The notes under the pieces: model-generated | Told to the model about the DNA's origin: nothing | Seen by the model: the letters and a program-made list of their open reading frames with translations, nothing else | Databases searched by the model: none | In this document: positions 1-11,554 of the stretch, in pieces | How positions within the stretch are numbered: the stretch's first letter is position 1 | Layout of the letters: each line of letters opens with the position of its first letter | Made by a program: the position numbers and the translations under genes | From: Octopus bimaculoides | Lineage: Eukaryota | Assembly: GCF_001194135.2 (NCBI RefSeq) | Contig: NC_068981.1 | Coordinates: 481,781-513,903, forward strand | DNA: 32,123 bases | Direction of reading: 5' to 3'

Positions 1-270
1 GCCATCGTTACCATCATCATCATCATCATCTTCATTGCCATCGTTACCATCATCATCATCATCATCTTCATTGCCATCATTACCATCATCATCATCATCA
101 TCATCATCTTCATTGCCATCATCATCATCATCATCATCATCATCTTCATTGCCATCATTACCATCATCATCATCATCATCTTCATTGCCATCATTACCAT
201 CATCATCATCATCATCATCATCTTCATTGCCATCATTACCATCATCATCATCATCATCTTCATTGCCATT
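1..270. repeat. Compound (CAT)n minisatellite, unit ~TTGCCATCRTTAC(CAT)nCTTCA
   Basis: Directly visible tandem units. Explains the poly-Ser ORF 35..292. Confidence 0.9.
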
Positions 271-739
271 GTTCTACGGCTGTATTCCATGATGGCTAGG
301 CTGGACAGGTTGTATCTGTTCTCATGGATAATTAGAATAGTGACCTCTCGCTCATGTGTTTCATTGTTGGTTTGGTTTCTATGCCAACCACTTTACACAC
401 TGTATGTGTTGTTTGCGTTTATTTCTTGGCCCCAAACAGAGATGCCACCTCCTACGAAAAGAACAGGGTTGCAGGGGCACAAAAAAAAACACAAACTGCA
501 CAAGTCCAGAGCCAACACCTAACTTTCGGTCCCAACAGCCTACCAGTGCCTGACCAGTGCCTGACCCATTTGAGCTTGCATCGATTGGCCACAGCCATAT
601 ACATGACCCCCCCCCATCATCCTCTCCCATGTGGTACCCTTGGTCATTGCTAATAACGACTGATGATCTAATAACATGTTGTTTGTGTTTATTTCTTGGT
701 AGAGTGCATACATATACACATCATCATCATCATTTTTAT

Positions 740-1156
740 ACTCTTTACTCTTTTTTACTCTTTAACTTGTTTCAGTCATTTGACTGCAGCCATACTGGAG
801 CACTGCCTTTAGTCGAGCAAATCAACCCCGGGACTTATTCTTTGTAAGCCTAGTACTTATTCTATCGGTCCCTTTTGCCAAACCGCTAAGTTACGGGGAC
901 ATAAACACACCACCATCGGTTGTCAAGCAATACTAGAGGGGACAAACACAGACACATAAACACACACACACACATATATCTATACATATATATGACGAGC
1001 TTCTTTCAGTTTCCATCTATCAAATCGACTCACAAGGTTTTGGTCAGCCCAAGGCTATAGTAGAAGACACTTGCCCAAGATGCCACGCAGTGGGACTGAA
1101 CCCGGAACCATGTGGTTGGTAAGCAAGCTACTTCCCACACAGCCACTCCTGCACCT
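740..1156 (-). mobile_element. SINE family A (tRNA-derived head, internal CA/TA microsatellite, AAGAGTA-repeat tail), full copy
   Basis: Minus strand reads head with A box TGGCTGTG and B box GGTTCAGTCCC, then ...CTTGGGCAAGTGTCTT... and a tail of AAAGAGTA repeats. About 10 related copies occur in the window. Confidence 0.85.
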
Positions 1157-1225
1157 TTATATCCATTTTTTTTTCCATTGTGTCTTAGGTTCAACAAAGT
1201 TTGACCTGAGCCCTTTCTTTCACCA

Positions 1226-1585
1226 ATCATCATCATCATCATCACTTAACATTTGTTTTCGATGCTGGCATGGGTTGGACGGTTTAACTGAGGACTGGCA
1301 AGCCAGTAGGTTGCACCAGGCTCCAGTCTGATCTGGCTATATTTCTACAGCTGGATGCCCTTCCTAAAGCCAACCACTCTGAGTGTGTAATGGGTGCTTT
1401 TTATGTGCCACTGGTATGGGAACCAGCCAGGTGGCACTGGCATCAACCATGTTTGGATGGTGCTTTTTACGTGCCACTGGCACAGGAGCCAGCCGGGTAA
1501 CACTGGCATCAACCATGTTCGGATGGTGCTTTTTACGTGCCACCAGCATGGGAGCCAGTCAAGGGGCACTGGCATCGACCAAGTT
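1226..1585 (-). mobile_element. SINE-like family B ((ATG)n tail, GGTTGGCGTTAGGAAGGGCATCC core) with three 66-bp internal tandem units
   Basis: Matches more than 15 other copies in the window. Unit starts at 1393, 1459 and 1525. Confidence 0.8.
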
Positions 1586-1744
1586 TGATATACTTGCTTT
1601 TCCAATAAGGTATTTCATGCTGAGGCACCACGCTGAAGAAGTTTTAGCTTTCTTTTATTTTTTACTTGTTTTAGTCATGCTGGGGCCATGCTGGGGCACC
1701 ACATTGAATTTTTAGTCATGTGAATCAGCCACAGTGCATATTAT

Positions 1745-2003
1745 TTTTTAAGCCTGGTCCCTATTCTATGGGTCTATAAACACACCAACACCGGTTGTCA
1801 AGCAGTGGTGGGAGGGGGCAAACACAGGCACAAACACAGATATATATGATGGGCTTCCTTCAGTTTCCGTCTACCAAATACACTCACAAGACTTTTGGTC
1901 AGTGTAAGGCTATAATAGAAGATACTTGCCCAAGGTACCATGCAGTGGAACTGAACCCGGAGGCTGTTGTTGAAAAGCAAGCTTCTTACCTTACAGCCAT
2001 GCC
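1745..2003 (-). mobile_element. SINE family A, diverged and partial
   Basis: Homologous to 740-1156. Confidence 0.7.
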
Positions 2004-2370
2004 TAGCTTGGTCACATTCACCCTGCCTCTCCATAATGCTGTGATGGATGCACCCAGGGTATTACTACATGACCGGGAATCCATACAGTATTACAGTAAC
2101 AAATGAGGGGACTTAATGTAGATGGGTGGATTTGATTGAGGTGTTTAAATCACTAGACTGGGTATCTTTTAGGTTCTATTATGATGTCACATCTCTCCCT
2201 TGTGTAGGTAGTGTAGGGTATCTAACTATCTGCTCATTGAGACTCTCTTTGGACGATTGCAATTTTTAGGGGTTAACCAGTTCCTAGACTGGGTACCTTT
2301 TCAGGTCCTATTGTAATGCCACATCTCTCCCTTGTGTAGGTAGAGTAGGATATCTAGTCAATATATGCAG

Positions 2371-2789
2371 GGATATCAAGACAAAATCCTGCTGAGGACA
2401 CCCCCTAACAGGACAAAGTCCTTTCTTCCCGAGGACAAAATCCCCCCCCCCCCAGGATAAAATCCCCTCTGAGGACAAAATCCCCATGGAGGACGAAATC
2501 CCCACCTGAGGATGAAATCCCCACCCAAGGACAAAATCCCCACCCGAGGATGAAATCCCCATGGACAAAATCCCTCCCCTAAGGACAAAATCCTCCTGGA
2601 GGGCAAAATCCCTCTGGAGAAATTTTATACAAAAATATCAACTAATAAATATTAAAAACTTTTTTTATAAAATTTCACTTTCCTAAAATATTTTTATTGT
2701 AGAAAGAACAATATGCTGAGGGATATTGACTGCCGGGGGATTTTGTCTGGTGGGGATTTTGTCCCTGGTGGGGATATTGTCTTAGTACC
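2371..2789. mobile_element. Non-autonomous DNA transposon (MITE) with GG termini, subterminal GGACAAAATCCCC repeats and an 8-bp TSD
   Basis: ATATGCAG at 2363-2370 and 2790-2797. Left end GGATATCAAGACAAAATCC versus reverse-complemented right end GGTACTAAGACAATATCCC. Confidence 0.8.
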
Positions 2790-3203
2790 ATATGCAGGGG
2801 TTAGTCCTTACAGTCTGATGCAGGTTGTTGAGAATAACAGTCTCCATTGTACCAGATGAAGACAAGGGTAGAAGGATTCTCTGTGGTGTTGTGTGGGTGC
2901 AGGGGTTAACTAGCAAGCTAAGCGAAGAGGGTGGGGGTATCCTAATTCATTCGATCAATCGTGTTTGTGCAACATCCAGTAGAGGGAGAGAAAGGGCACA
3001 TAAAACCATCTCCTGTAGACAGGAAGGTCCTTGATAATAAAGTAACAGAAATAATTGCTATTTGCTTAGCTTAAAACTTAGCATTCTTTATTCTGCCATG
3101 GCTTTCTTCAGAAACTGGTAATAATATGCTGCATTCATGAATCACTGGAGCTGATTATGGTTGATTACGTGCCTCAATGAATTTTCAGATGAAACTGTTG
3201 TGG

Positions 3204-3237
<34 letters not shown>

Positions 3238-3358
3238 CTATTTGTGTAGCCATTTGTATTTGGCTGGAATTGAATAAAGAGAACATTTATACAATTTTGT
3301 GGGGACAGAGAGAGAGAACAAGAGAAATACCATTTAGTGTGTTTACTTGGTGTCCAGT

Positions 3359-3405
<47 letters not shown>

Positions 3406-3726
3406 ATGCCAGTTGCTAAAGTAGACAGTTCATAACAATAAAAGGAACTGGTAATAATTATTCACTAAGCTTAAAAGTACCAAACTCATTTCCTGTGGCT
3501 TTCTTGATAACCAGGGAATAATAATAATAGATGATAATAATAATAATAATAATACCACATCCATGAGTCACCAGAGCTGAAAAATGGACAAATAGCCACC
3601 TAAATGGATTTTCAGATAGATAGATAGAGAGAGAGATGCTGTTCATAAGTCGTGTTTGTGGGAGAGAAAGGATATATACAGTTTGCAGAAATCAAAAAGG
3701 ACTTCCAGTAATGTTTAAAAGTTATA

Positions 3727-3727
<1 letters not shown>

Positions 3728-3759
<32 letters not shown>

Positions 3760-3984
3760 TATAATAATAATAATTTAACGTCCGTTTTCCATGCTAGCAT
3801 GGGTTGGACGATTTGACTGGGGACTGGCGAACCAAATGGCTACACCAGGCTCCAATCTGATTTGGCAGAGTTTCTACAGCTGAATGCCCTTCCTAACGCC
3901 AACCACTTCGAGAGTGTAGTGGGTGCTTTTACGTGCCACCGGCACGATGGCCAGTCAGGCGGCACTGGCAACGACCTCGTTCAA
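3728..3984 (-). mobile_element. Family B copy with (AAT)n tail
   Basis: Contains TTAACGTCCG...GCCCTTCCTAACGCCAACC. Confidence 0.8.
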
Positions 3985-4371
3985 TGGAATAATTGTAATT
4001 AAACAATATGTTAATGATATCACCTCACCAATGTAGTACGGGTGTGACAAAGTGTGGAAACAATTGTAGCGATATGGAATAAAAATTGTTGTTCAATCTA
4101 TTTTCTCTAACTTATCTCTTTAAACAAACACTATGAATATTATGGAATTCCAGATATATATCTAGTGACAGGACTATTCCCATTGTGTGATGACATCAGT
4201 TAGCCAATAACTGTGGATGAGCTTTGTACAACATTCTATAAGGTTTTTACCCAAATTTTATATAGCTGTAGTTATAGGTATTTATGTGTGTGTAGTTAGT
4301 TTGATGAAACAAGTGGATGTTTAAAAAGAAATACAAAGTATTAATTTATTGCGTTCTGCTGTTATAGTGTA

Positions 4372-4725
4372 TACTCTTTTACTTGTTTCAGTCATTTGAC
4401 TGCAGCCATGCAAATCGACTCCAGGACTTATTCTTTGTAAGCCTAGTACTTATTCTATTGGTCTCATTTGCCGAACCGCTAAGTTACGGGGACATAAACA
4501 CACTGCCATCGGATGTCAAGCGATGTTGGGAGGAAACACAAACATACACACACACACACACACACACTCAGAGTGGTTGGCGTTAGGAAGGGCATCCAGC
4601 TGTAGAAACTTTGCCAGATCAGATTGGAGCCTGGTTCAGCCATCTCGCATGCCAGTCCTCAGTCAAATCGTCCAACCCATGCTAGCATGGAAAGCAGATG
4701 TTAAACAATAATGATGATGATGATG

Positions 4726-4806
<81 letters not shown>

Positions 4807-4971
4807 TACAACAGGCTTCTTTCTGTTTCCGTTTACCAAATCCACTCACAGGGCTTTGGTTGACCCGAGGCTATAGTAGAGGACACTTGCCCAAGGTGCC
4901 ACACAGTGGGAATGAACCCAGAACCATGTGATTGGTAAGCAAGCTACTTACCACACAGCCACTCCTGCACC
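4372..4971 (-). mobile_element. Family A copy with a family B fragment (4571-4726, +) and a long (TA)n nested in its central microsatellite
   Basis: The 3' half (4372-4560) and 5' half (4810-4971) are collinear with 740-1156. Confidence 0.8.
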
Positions 4972-4990
4972 TATGTATAAGTCTTTAGAA

Positions 4991-5099
4991 AATACTAGGC
5001 TTACAAAAAATAATTCCTGAGGTCGATTTGCTCGACTAAAGGTGGTGCTCCAGCATGGCCACAATCAAATGACTGAAACAAGTAAAAGAGTAAAGAGTA
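4991..5099 (+). mobile_element. Family A 3' tail, inverted relative to the neighbouring copy
   Basis: TACTAGGCTTAC...GAAACAAGTAAAAGAGTAAAGAGTA. Confidence 0.75.
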
Positions 5100-5639
5100 G
5101 GAGAATAAGAACAAGAGGCTTATCTACATGATGTTGTGCCTTGGGAGGGTCATTTAGCCAATAATAATTAACACACACACCAGTTGAATATCACTTTTTT
5201 TTTTTATTGTTAGTCAATCGGTTAAGTATCTAACCAACAAACTAATCGATCATTTGTTTGTGTTGATTAAACAATCAATCACTTGATTGTTTGTCAAAAC
5301 CCGTTCATCACGATTCATGACCTCCTCAATGACATGCCCTCTCTCTCTCTCTTCAAGCTGGAATTCACCTGATCCTAAGTTTATTGTATCAGACCTAATC
5401 TTACATCTGAAAGCAATAACAGTCCCACTTTCAAGTTATTTGGGTAATAGGGTCAGAAAGCTCTCTTTGTGCAGTAGCTGTGTTGAGAGTACACAAGGTT
5501 TAACAGGTGACCCACAAAGGCCTCTCCTGTATTATTCTTATTCTATTTCATTCTGTTGAGCTTATAATATATCTTGATTATTTCTTTCGACACAGCTTTT
5601 TCTTTATTTTCATTTTATTTCATTTTATTTTTCTTACAG

Positions 5640-5745
5640 TTCCGATGAGTTGCTGGTGTGTGCCACACAGTTTGTGAAGTTGGTCCCCGAATTAATAAAT
5701 CTACAATTTGATGATGTGAGAAAAATACAAAAACAGACATATATA
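5640..5745 (+). CDS. Internal exon A of a spliced protein-coding gene (phase 2 to 0): xSDELLVCATQFVKLVPELINLQFDDVRKIQKQTYI
   Basis: Long pyrimidine tract ending ttcttacag| at 5639. One open frame (the other two stop). Donor ATA|gtaaga at 5746. Non-repetitive sequence. Confidence 0.75.
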
Positions 5746-6049
5746 GTAAGAAATAATCGTTTATTAATTACTGAAGCAAATAGAAAGTTATATTTTGTGT
5801 TTGATAGAATTAAAAACAGTTAATTAATTAGATTTTCTTTCTTTTGTAATTCTATAATTGATTTAGCTTCATTGAAATTCTGTGATAAATTTTTCTAGGT
5901 TTTTAATAATTTTATAATTATTGTCTATCTACCTGCTGCTGCTGCTGTTGTTGTTGTTCTTGTTGTTGTTGTTATTTCATGTACCCCCTCCCCTCAAGTT
6001 TTGATTCAGCTGTTTTATAATCAAAGCTATTCCAAACATGACCATCTTC

Positions 6050-6715
6050 TTTATCTCAGTCATTGGACTGCAGCCATGCTAGAGTACTGCCTTGTTTTAG
6101 TTGAATAAATTGACCCCCAGTAGTTATCTTTTTTTAAGCTGGTACATGTTCTACTGGTCTCCTTCGCCAAACTACTACATTACAGGGACATAAACAAACC
6201 AGCACCAGTTGCCAAGTGGTGAGTGAAGGAGGGGACACCCATATACGTAAGTGGGGGGGGCACATAGTTTAGCGGTCCAAAGACTGTGGTTTTGGTTCCT
6301 TTCATAACTCTTTTACTTGTTTCAGTCATTTGACTGTGACCATGCTGGAGCACCGCCTTTAGTCGAGCAAATCGACTCCAGGACTTATTCTTTGGAAGCC
6401 TAGTACTTATTCTATCGGTCTTTTTTGCCGAACTGCTAAGTGACAGGGACATAAACACACCAGCATCGGTTGTCAAGCGATGTTGGGGGACAAACACAGA
6501 CACACAAACATAAACACACACATACATATATATACACATATACACATATATACGACAGGCTTCTTTCAGTTTCCTTCTACCAAATCCACTCACAAGGCTT
6601 TGGTCGGCCCGAGGCTATAGTAGAAGACACTTGCCCAAGATGCCACGCAGTGGGACTGAACCCGGAACCATGTGGTTGGTAAGCAAGCTACTTACCACAC
6701 AGCCACTCCTGCGCC
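6050..6715 (-). mobile_element. Diverged family A tail (6050-6240) plus a full, young family A copy (6306-6715)
   Basis: Near-identical to 740-1156 and to the reverse complement of 24735-25136. Confidence 0.85.
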
Positions 6716-6726
6716 ATAAGTTGAAT

Positions 6727-6943
6727 ATTCTTTTCTACTCTAGGCACAAAGCCTGAAATTTTCGAGGAGGTGAGGCAGTTGATTAGATTGACCCCAGTAT
6801 GCAACTGGTACTTAATTTATCGACCTTGAAAGGATGAAAGGCAAAATCGACCTTGGCGAAATTTGAACTCAGCATGCCGAGCAAATGCGTAGCAGAATTT
6901 CATCTGCCATTATGTTCTAACATTTCTGCCTGTTCGCCACCTT
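6727..6943 (-). mobile_element. SINE family C (tRNA head AAGGCGGCGAGCTGGCAGAA, central GCCTTTCATCCTTTCGGGGTCGATAAATTAAGTACC domain)
   Basis: A/B-box-like head. Homologous to 8569, 16551, 17398, 21471 and 27728. Confidence 0.8.
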
Positions 6944-7061
6944 TCTTCATAATTTGAATATTAACAAAACCTTAAAGATATGAACTAGGATGTTAAATCA
7001 TCACAAAGGAAGTGTTTAACCCATGGCTGTTAACCCTTAAGTATTTATACTAACCACATCG

Positions 7062-7851
7062 CACCCACTACACGCTCTAAGTGGTTGGCGTTAGGAAGGG
7101 AATCCAGATGTGGAAACACTGCCAAATCAGATTGGAGCCTGGTGTAGCCATCTGGTTTCACCAGTCCTCAGTCAAATCGTCCAACCCATGCTAGCATGGA
7201 AAGCGGACGTTAAACGACGATGATGATGATGATGACATCAGGCCCACATATTCTACCTGTGTTATGTTCAAATTAGTCAGAAACAATATCTTGCACTTAT
7301 GCTGCTCCTTCATTGTAAATGTAAACAATGACATCAAAATCTTAAAGCTACAAGATAACGCATGATTAATTCCAAACATATTCAATGACCGGCACCTGTG
7401 CCAGTGGAGCACTAACAGCACCGTCCGAGCGTGATCATTGCCAGAGCAGCTGTCTGGCTTCCGTGCTAGTGGCACGTAAATAGCACTATTTGAGCATGAT
7501 TGTCACCAGCGTCACCTTACTGGCACTTGTGCCGGTGGCACATTAGAAAATCATTCGAGCAAGGTCATTGCCAGTGCCGCTGGACTGGCTCCTGTTCAGG
7601 TGGCACGTAAAAAACACCATTTTGAGCGTGGCCTTTGCCAGTACCGCCTGACTGGCCTTCGTGCGGGTGACACGTAAAAGCACCCACTACACTCTGGGAG
7701 TGGTTGGCGTTAGGAAGGGCATCCAGCTGTAGAAACTCTGACAGATGAGATTGGAGCCCGGTGTAGCCATCTGGTTTCACTAGTCCTCAGTCAAATCGTC
7801 CAACCCATGCTAGCATGGAAAGCTGACGTTAAACGACAATGATGATGATGA
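7062..7851 (+). mobile_element. Two family B copies (7062-7236 and 7388-7851)
   Basis: Core GGTTGGCGTTAGGAAGGG and (ATG)n tails. Confidence 0.8.
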
Positions 7852-8568
7852 ATGTGAATAAATAAACATTGGATTTGACAAAATAATCTGAACAATAAAG
7901 GGTTAAACAAACTGTAGATAAGAAATCTAAGCTGTTCATCATCAGCCACTCTTTGTGTCCATTTTCCCTGCTGACATGAATTGGTATGAATTGGATAATT
8001 TTTCTTTAGACAGTATATTATGGCTGGATAACTTTCCTGTCACCTGGCACTATCCTTTTTAGTTTTTTGTTTTCTTTTAAATAAGAAAGTCCCAAACAAG
8101 GTGTAGAGTTAGTGTAAGGGAGTATGAAGAAGGAGAAATTAAGATGAAAGGAATGAATTTACTCAAGACTTGAAAGAGTTCAGGTCATAAGGAGGAGGAT
8201 AACGATGAGATGGAAGAGGGTTCCAAAGACTATCAGTTTGAGGGAAAAAAAGCTATGACCGTAGAAACACTTTTTTGTTTATTGTAATACAATAACACCT
8301 GGATGAAGATGCTGTGAGTTTCGAGTGAGTCGAGATGATACAAAGTGATCTGGAACTAAGAGAGAAAGTTCGTCAGATCATTTCCTGTGGTAATAACGAA
8401 TAGAAAAGACTAAGACTGGTGATGCCATGTTGATGTGACAAGGGTTGCAGAGTTGAGCCAAGAGAGGGGCCAACCAAATTAGAGACTCACTTCTGAACCC
8501 AATCAAAGAGGTCAAAGTGACAAGATGGTGCACCTGTTCAACTATGACAACAATATTCCTTAATGACA

Positions 8569-8788
8569 AGGTGACGAGCTGGCAGAATCATTAGCATGCT
8601 CAGCGAAATGCTTATTATCATTTCATCCATCTTTACGTTCTGAATTCAAATTCCACCAAGGTTGACCTTGCATTTCATCCTTTCAGGGTCAATAAGATGA
8701 ATACCAGTTGTGTACTGGGATTGATGTCACCAACTTAGCCCCTTCCACAGACCTGCTGGCTTTGTGCCAAAATTTGAAACCAATATTC
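8569..8788 (+). mobile_element. SINE family C
   Basis: Homologous to the other C copies. Confidence 0.75.
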
Positions 8789-9159
8789 CATAAGGACAAA
8801 TTGTGAGCTTGTAAAGATACAAGATGGCTTTGAATGTAATGCAGTCCTTTGACCTGTGCAATGACCCAACCATACAGGAAGCAGACCAATCCATTGGCTG
8901 TAGGTATGAACTTCAAGAAAGATCAGGTGAGAAAGTGAGACCAGTAATTTCAAAGAAGACCTTTCCTCAAGGGATCTTGACTGTGCCACGATGTGATGCC
9001 TCAGACCTACAACACATACAAATGGAAGAAAAAATAGGGATCCTGCTCCCTACTGAAAGACAGATTAGTTTTACCGGGGCTGGAAGTTACTAGCCATCTC
9101 TCACCCCATTTCTTAACAGCCTGCAGATGCACCTTAAAACTAGCAGCAAGTGTGTGTAT

Positions 9160-9540
9160 GTGTATCTGTGTGTGTGTGTGTGGATGTTTATTTCTGGTGG
9201 TGGTGGTGGTGGTGGTGGTGGTGGTAATGAGATAATGGTGATGGTGGTGGTGGTCATAGTAGTAGTAGTTGTAGTGGAGGTGGTGGTAGTAGAGGTGGTG
9301 ATAGTGAGGTGGTAGTGGTAGTGAGGTTGTGGCAGTAGTAATAGAGGTGGAAGCAGTGGCAGTGTTGGTAACACATGGTGGTGGTAGCAGTTGTGGTGGT
9401 GGTGACAGTAGTAGTAGTAATAATAGTCATAGAGGTGGTGGTAGTAGTAGTAGTAGTAGTAGAGGTGGTGGTGACAAAGGCAGTGATGATAATGGTGGTG
9501 GTGATGGTATTGGCAGTGGCAATGATGCTGATGGTGCCAT
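9160..9540. repeat. Compound (TG)/(GGT)/(AGT)/(GAT) microsatellite
   Basis: Directly visible. Source of the poly-V/G/S/P ORFs. Confidence 0.9.
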
Positions 9541-9924
9541 TAATTTATATTCTCACAGCCAATCAGAGCTGCATTTGCTAATTTCCTTCCAATTTCTTTC
9601 TGTTGGTTGAAAAATTTATATTTTCCAAATTTGTTAATTTAACAATCGCTAATTCGGTTTGCGATTAAATGTAGGAAGTGATAAGCCACTGAGTAGTGAA
9701 AATTGTATATTTAGTGATCAATAACAATTTAGTAATGAAGAAGAAAATATTTGGAATATTGACTTATTGACTGCTTGAATATTAATTAATTAAATTTTTC
9801 AACTAATTTCAAAAATTGAAATCTATATCTTCTCTCTTACAATAAATAGATTAACGTTTTTATCATTTATTCAACAAGTCAGCAACAGAAAATTACTGTT
9901 TCTGAATTGTTATTTGTCCTGTTA

Positions 9925-10126
9925 GTGTGTGTGTGTGTATTTATGCACATGTATATGTGTATGTATGTGTGTGTGTGTATGTGATTATGTGCATGTATGT
10001 AATTGCGTGTACATGCATGTATGTGTGTACATATATGTATACATACATGCTTGTACGTGTGCATGTATGTGTATGTGTGTGTCTTTATGCACATGTATAT
10101 AAATGTATGTATATGTGTAAGTGTAG

Positions 10127-10170
<44 letters not shown>

Positions 10171-10385
10171 GTGTTGCCAGTACCGCCTGACTGGCCCTCG
10201 TGCGGGTGATACGTAAAAGCACCCACTACACTCTCTGAGTGGTTGGCGTTAGGAAGGGCATCCAGCTGTAGAAACTCTGCCAAATCAGATTGGAGCCTGG
10301 TGTAGCCATCTGGTTTCACCAGTCCTCAGTCAAATCGTCCAACCTATGCTAGCATGGAAAGCGGACGTTAAACGATGATGATGAT
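9925..10385 (+). repeat. Degenerate (TG/TA)n array (9925-10175) followed by a family B copy (10176-10385)
   Basis: Directly visible, plus homology to other B copies. Confidence 0.85.
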
Positions 10386-10704
10386 ATATATTCCAAGAAA
10401 GTTAGTTTGTGAATCCAACCAACTAAGGGATAATATCTATTCAATATACTGCTGGTAGAATACCCAGTTTTTAATACACTAGTGTTTTTCATTGCATGGC
10501 AATTACATTACCAAGTGTAATAAATGGGTGAGGGTAAAGAGTTATTTTACCATTAATTTATAGAGCAATAAGAAAATGGAGGGGATCAATAGGTGGTATT
10601 CATCAACTTATAGACATTATATTATGTCAATTTATTTTACTAAAAGGACAATTATAACAATATACATACATGCATAACATAATATGCCATTCCCTGCATA
10701 TTTG

Positions 10705-11030
10705 GTTTTATATCAGAGTGACCTTCTCCTAGAGACATGCTTCAACAAAAGCTGAGGGGCGCCTCACTCCCAGTGGTCTTTCAGCATGCCGGACACCATC
10801 CCAGAATTTCTGCGTACCTGTGCTATTGCTAGATAGCCGTTGAGCCTGCACTAGGTCCATCCGAGCTTTCAACAGGTCTTGTTTTTAATCCTGCTGGGTT
10901 TCTAGCAACCCTCCTCACCAGGGTAGCCTGGTGGGGGTGCCAGTTTAGTCGCCGGCAACCCGACCATGCAACAGGTTGTACTGGATTACATGTTACCAGT
11001 AGCACTTATGAGAGCCTCATACGTGACCTG
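10705..11030 (-). mobile_element. Probable 5' UTR fragment of an RTE-clade LINE
   Basis: GC-rich island ending on the minus strand in TCTCTAGGAGAAGGTCACTCTGATATAAAACC, which resembles RTE 5' regions as I recall them. No ORF. Confidence 0.45.
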
Positions 11031-11232
11031 ACATAATTAAATGACTCATAAGCTGATAATACATCATGTTCCTGAATGCCCAATATTTGGTACTCCATGT
11101 GACCTCAGTGAGTTTTGCCAACTTACAAGGGCACAGTAAAATGTGTTTCATTTGAATGAGAAAAAGAAAAGAATGTACATTATTTACATTGTTTACATTT
11201 GACGGATATTTGTCCTCATCTTGTTTGTTGTT

Positions 11233-11278
11233 AACACAACATTTCGGCTGATATACCCTCCAGCCTTCATCAGGTGTC
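11233..11278 (-). ncRNA. Minimal type-I hammerhead ribozyme motif (Penelope-type)
   Basis: Reads GACAC-CUGAUGA-A-GGCUG(GAGGGUAUAU)CAGCC-GAAA-UG-UU-GUGUU. Catalytic core intact, stem I GACAC/GUGUU, stem II GGCUG/CAGCC, GUU cleavage triplet. Confidence 0.75.
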
Positions 11279-11418
11279 TTGGGGAAATTTCGAACATGGG
11301 TTCTCATTCCTAAGGTATTTTCCGATGTCATTATTATTCAGATCACTGCCTGGAATCGAACACGGAATCTTGGGGTTAGTAGCCTGTGCTCTTAACCACT
11401 ACGCGATATGCCATGGGC

Positions 11419-11464
<46 letters not shown>

Positions 11465-11511
11465 TCGAAAAATACCTTAGGAATGAGAACCCAGGTTCGA
11501 AATTTCCCCAA

Positions 11512-11554
11512 GACATCTGATGAAGGCTGGAGGGTATAACAGCCGAAATGTGTC
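11512..11554 (+). ncRNA. Second hammerhead motif, probably inactive (cleavage triplet deleted)
   Basis: Reads GACAU-CUGAUGA-A-GGCUG...CAGCC-GAAA-U-GUGUC, lacking GUU. Confidence 0.6.

Noticed and set aside
2153-2358. Imperfect ~75-bp direct repeat (period ~131 bp), and a degenerate duplication at 13330-13625
   Set aside because: Two diverged copies only, with no TSD, termini or coding signal, so likely local duplications.
2800-3035. 69-aa plus ORF and minus peptide LVFIWYNGDCYSQQPASDCKD
   Set aside because: No consistent splice sites or recognisable motif on either strand.
5358-5508. Exon-like segment WNSPDPKFIVSDLILHLKAITVPLSSYLG... with a strong acceptor at 5357
   Set aside because: Its plausible donors end in phase 1 or 0, but exon A needs phase 2. 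The acceptor is a (CT)n microsatellite. It cannot be fully excluded without RNA data.
7565-7780. Recurrent MKPDGYT.LQS..AEFLQLDALPNANHS peptide (also 9879-10319 and 12505)
   Set aside because: Antisense translation of the family B repeat core, not a gene family.
8100-9110. Purine-rich non-repetitive stretch with an SDHF-like motif and an 89-aa ORF (8824-9093)
   Set aside because: No coherent endonuclease, RT or transposase motif order could be reconstructed, and no good acceptor was found. Probably an old unidentified TE.
9185-9500. (GGT)n tracts as a G-quadruplex regulatory element
   Set aside because: Only GG runs (two-tetrad potential) in an ordinary microsatellite, with nothing specific to indicate function.
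9090-10319. Poly-V/T/P/G and HT/CV-rich ORFs (also 35-292, 13627-14135)
   Set aside because: Translations of microsatellites, with no splice-site or compositional support.
11340-11412. tRNA-like sequence as a real tRNA gene (likewise the heads of families A, C and D)
   Set aside because: A/B boxes are present, but there is no complete acceptor stem and each head runs straight into a SINE body.
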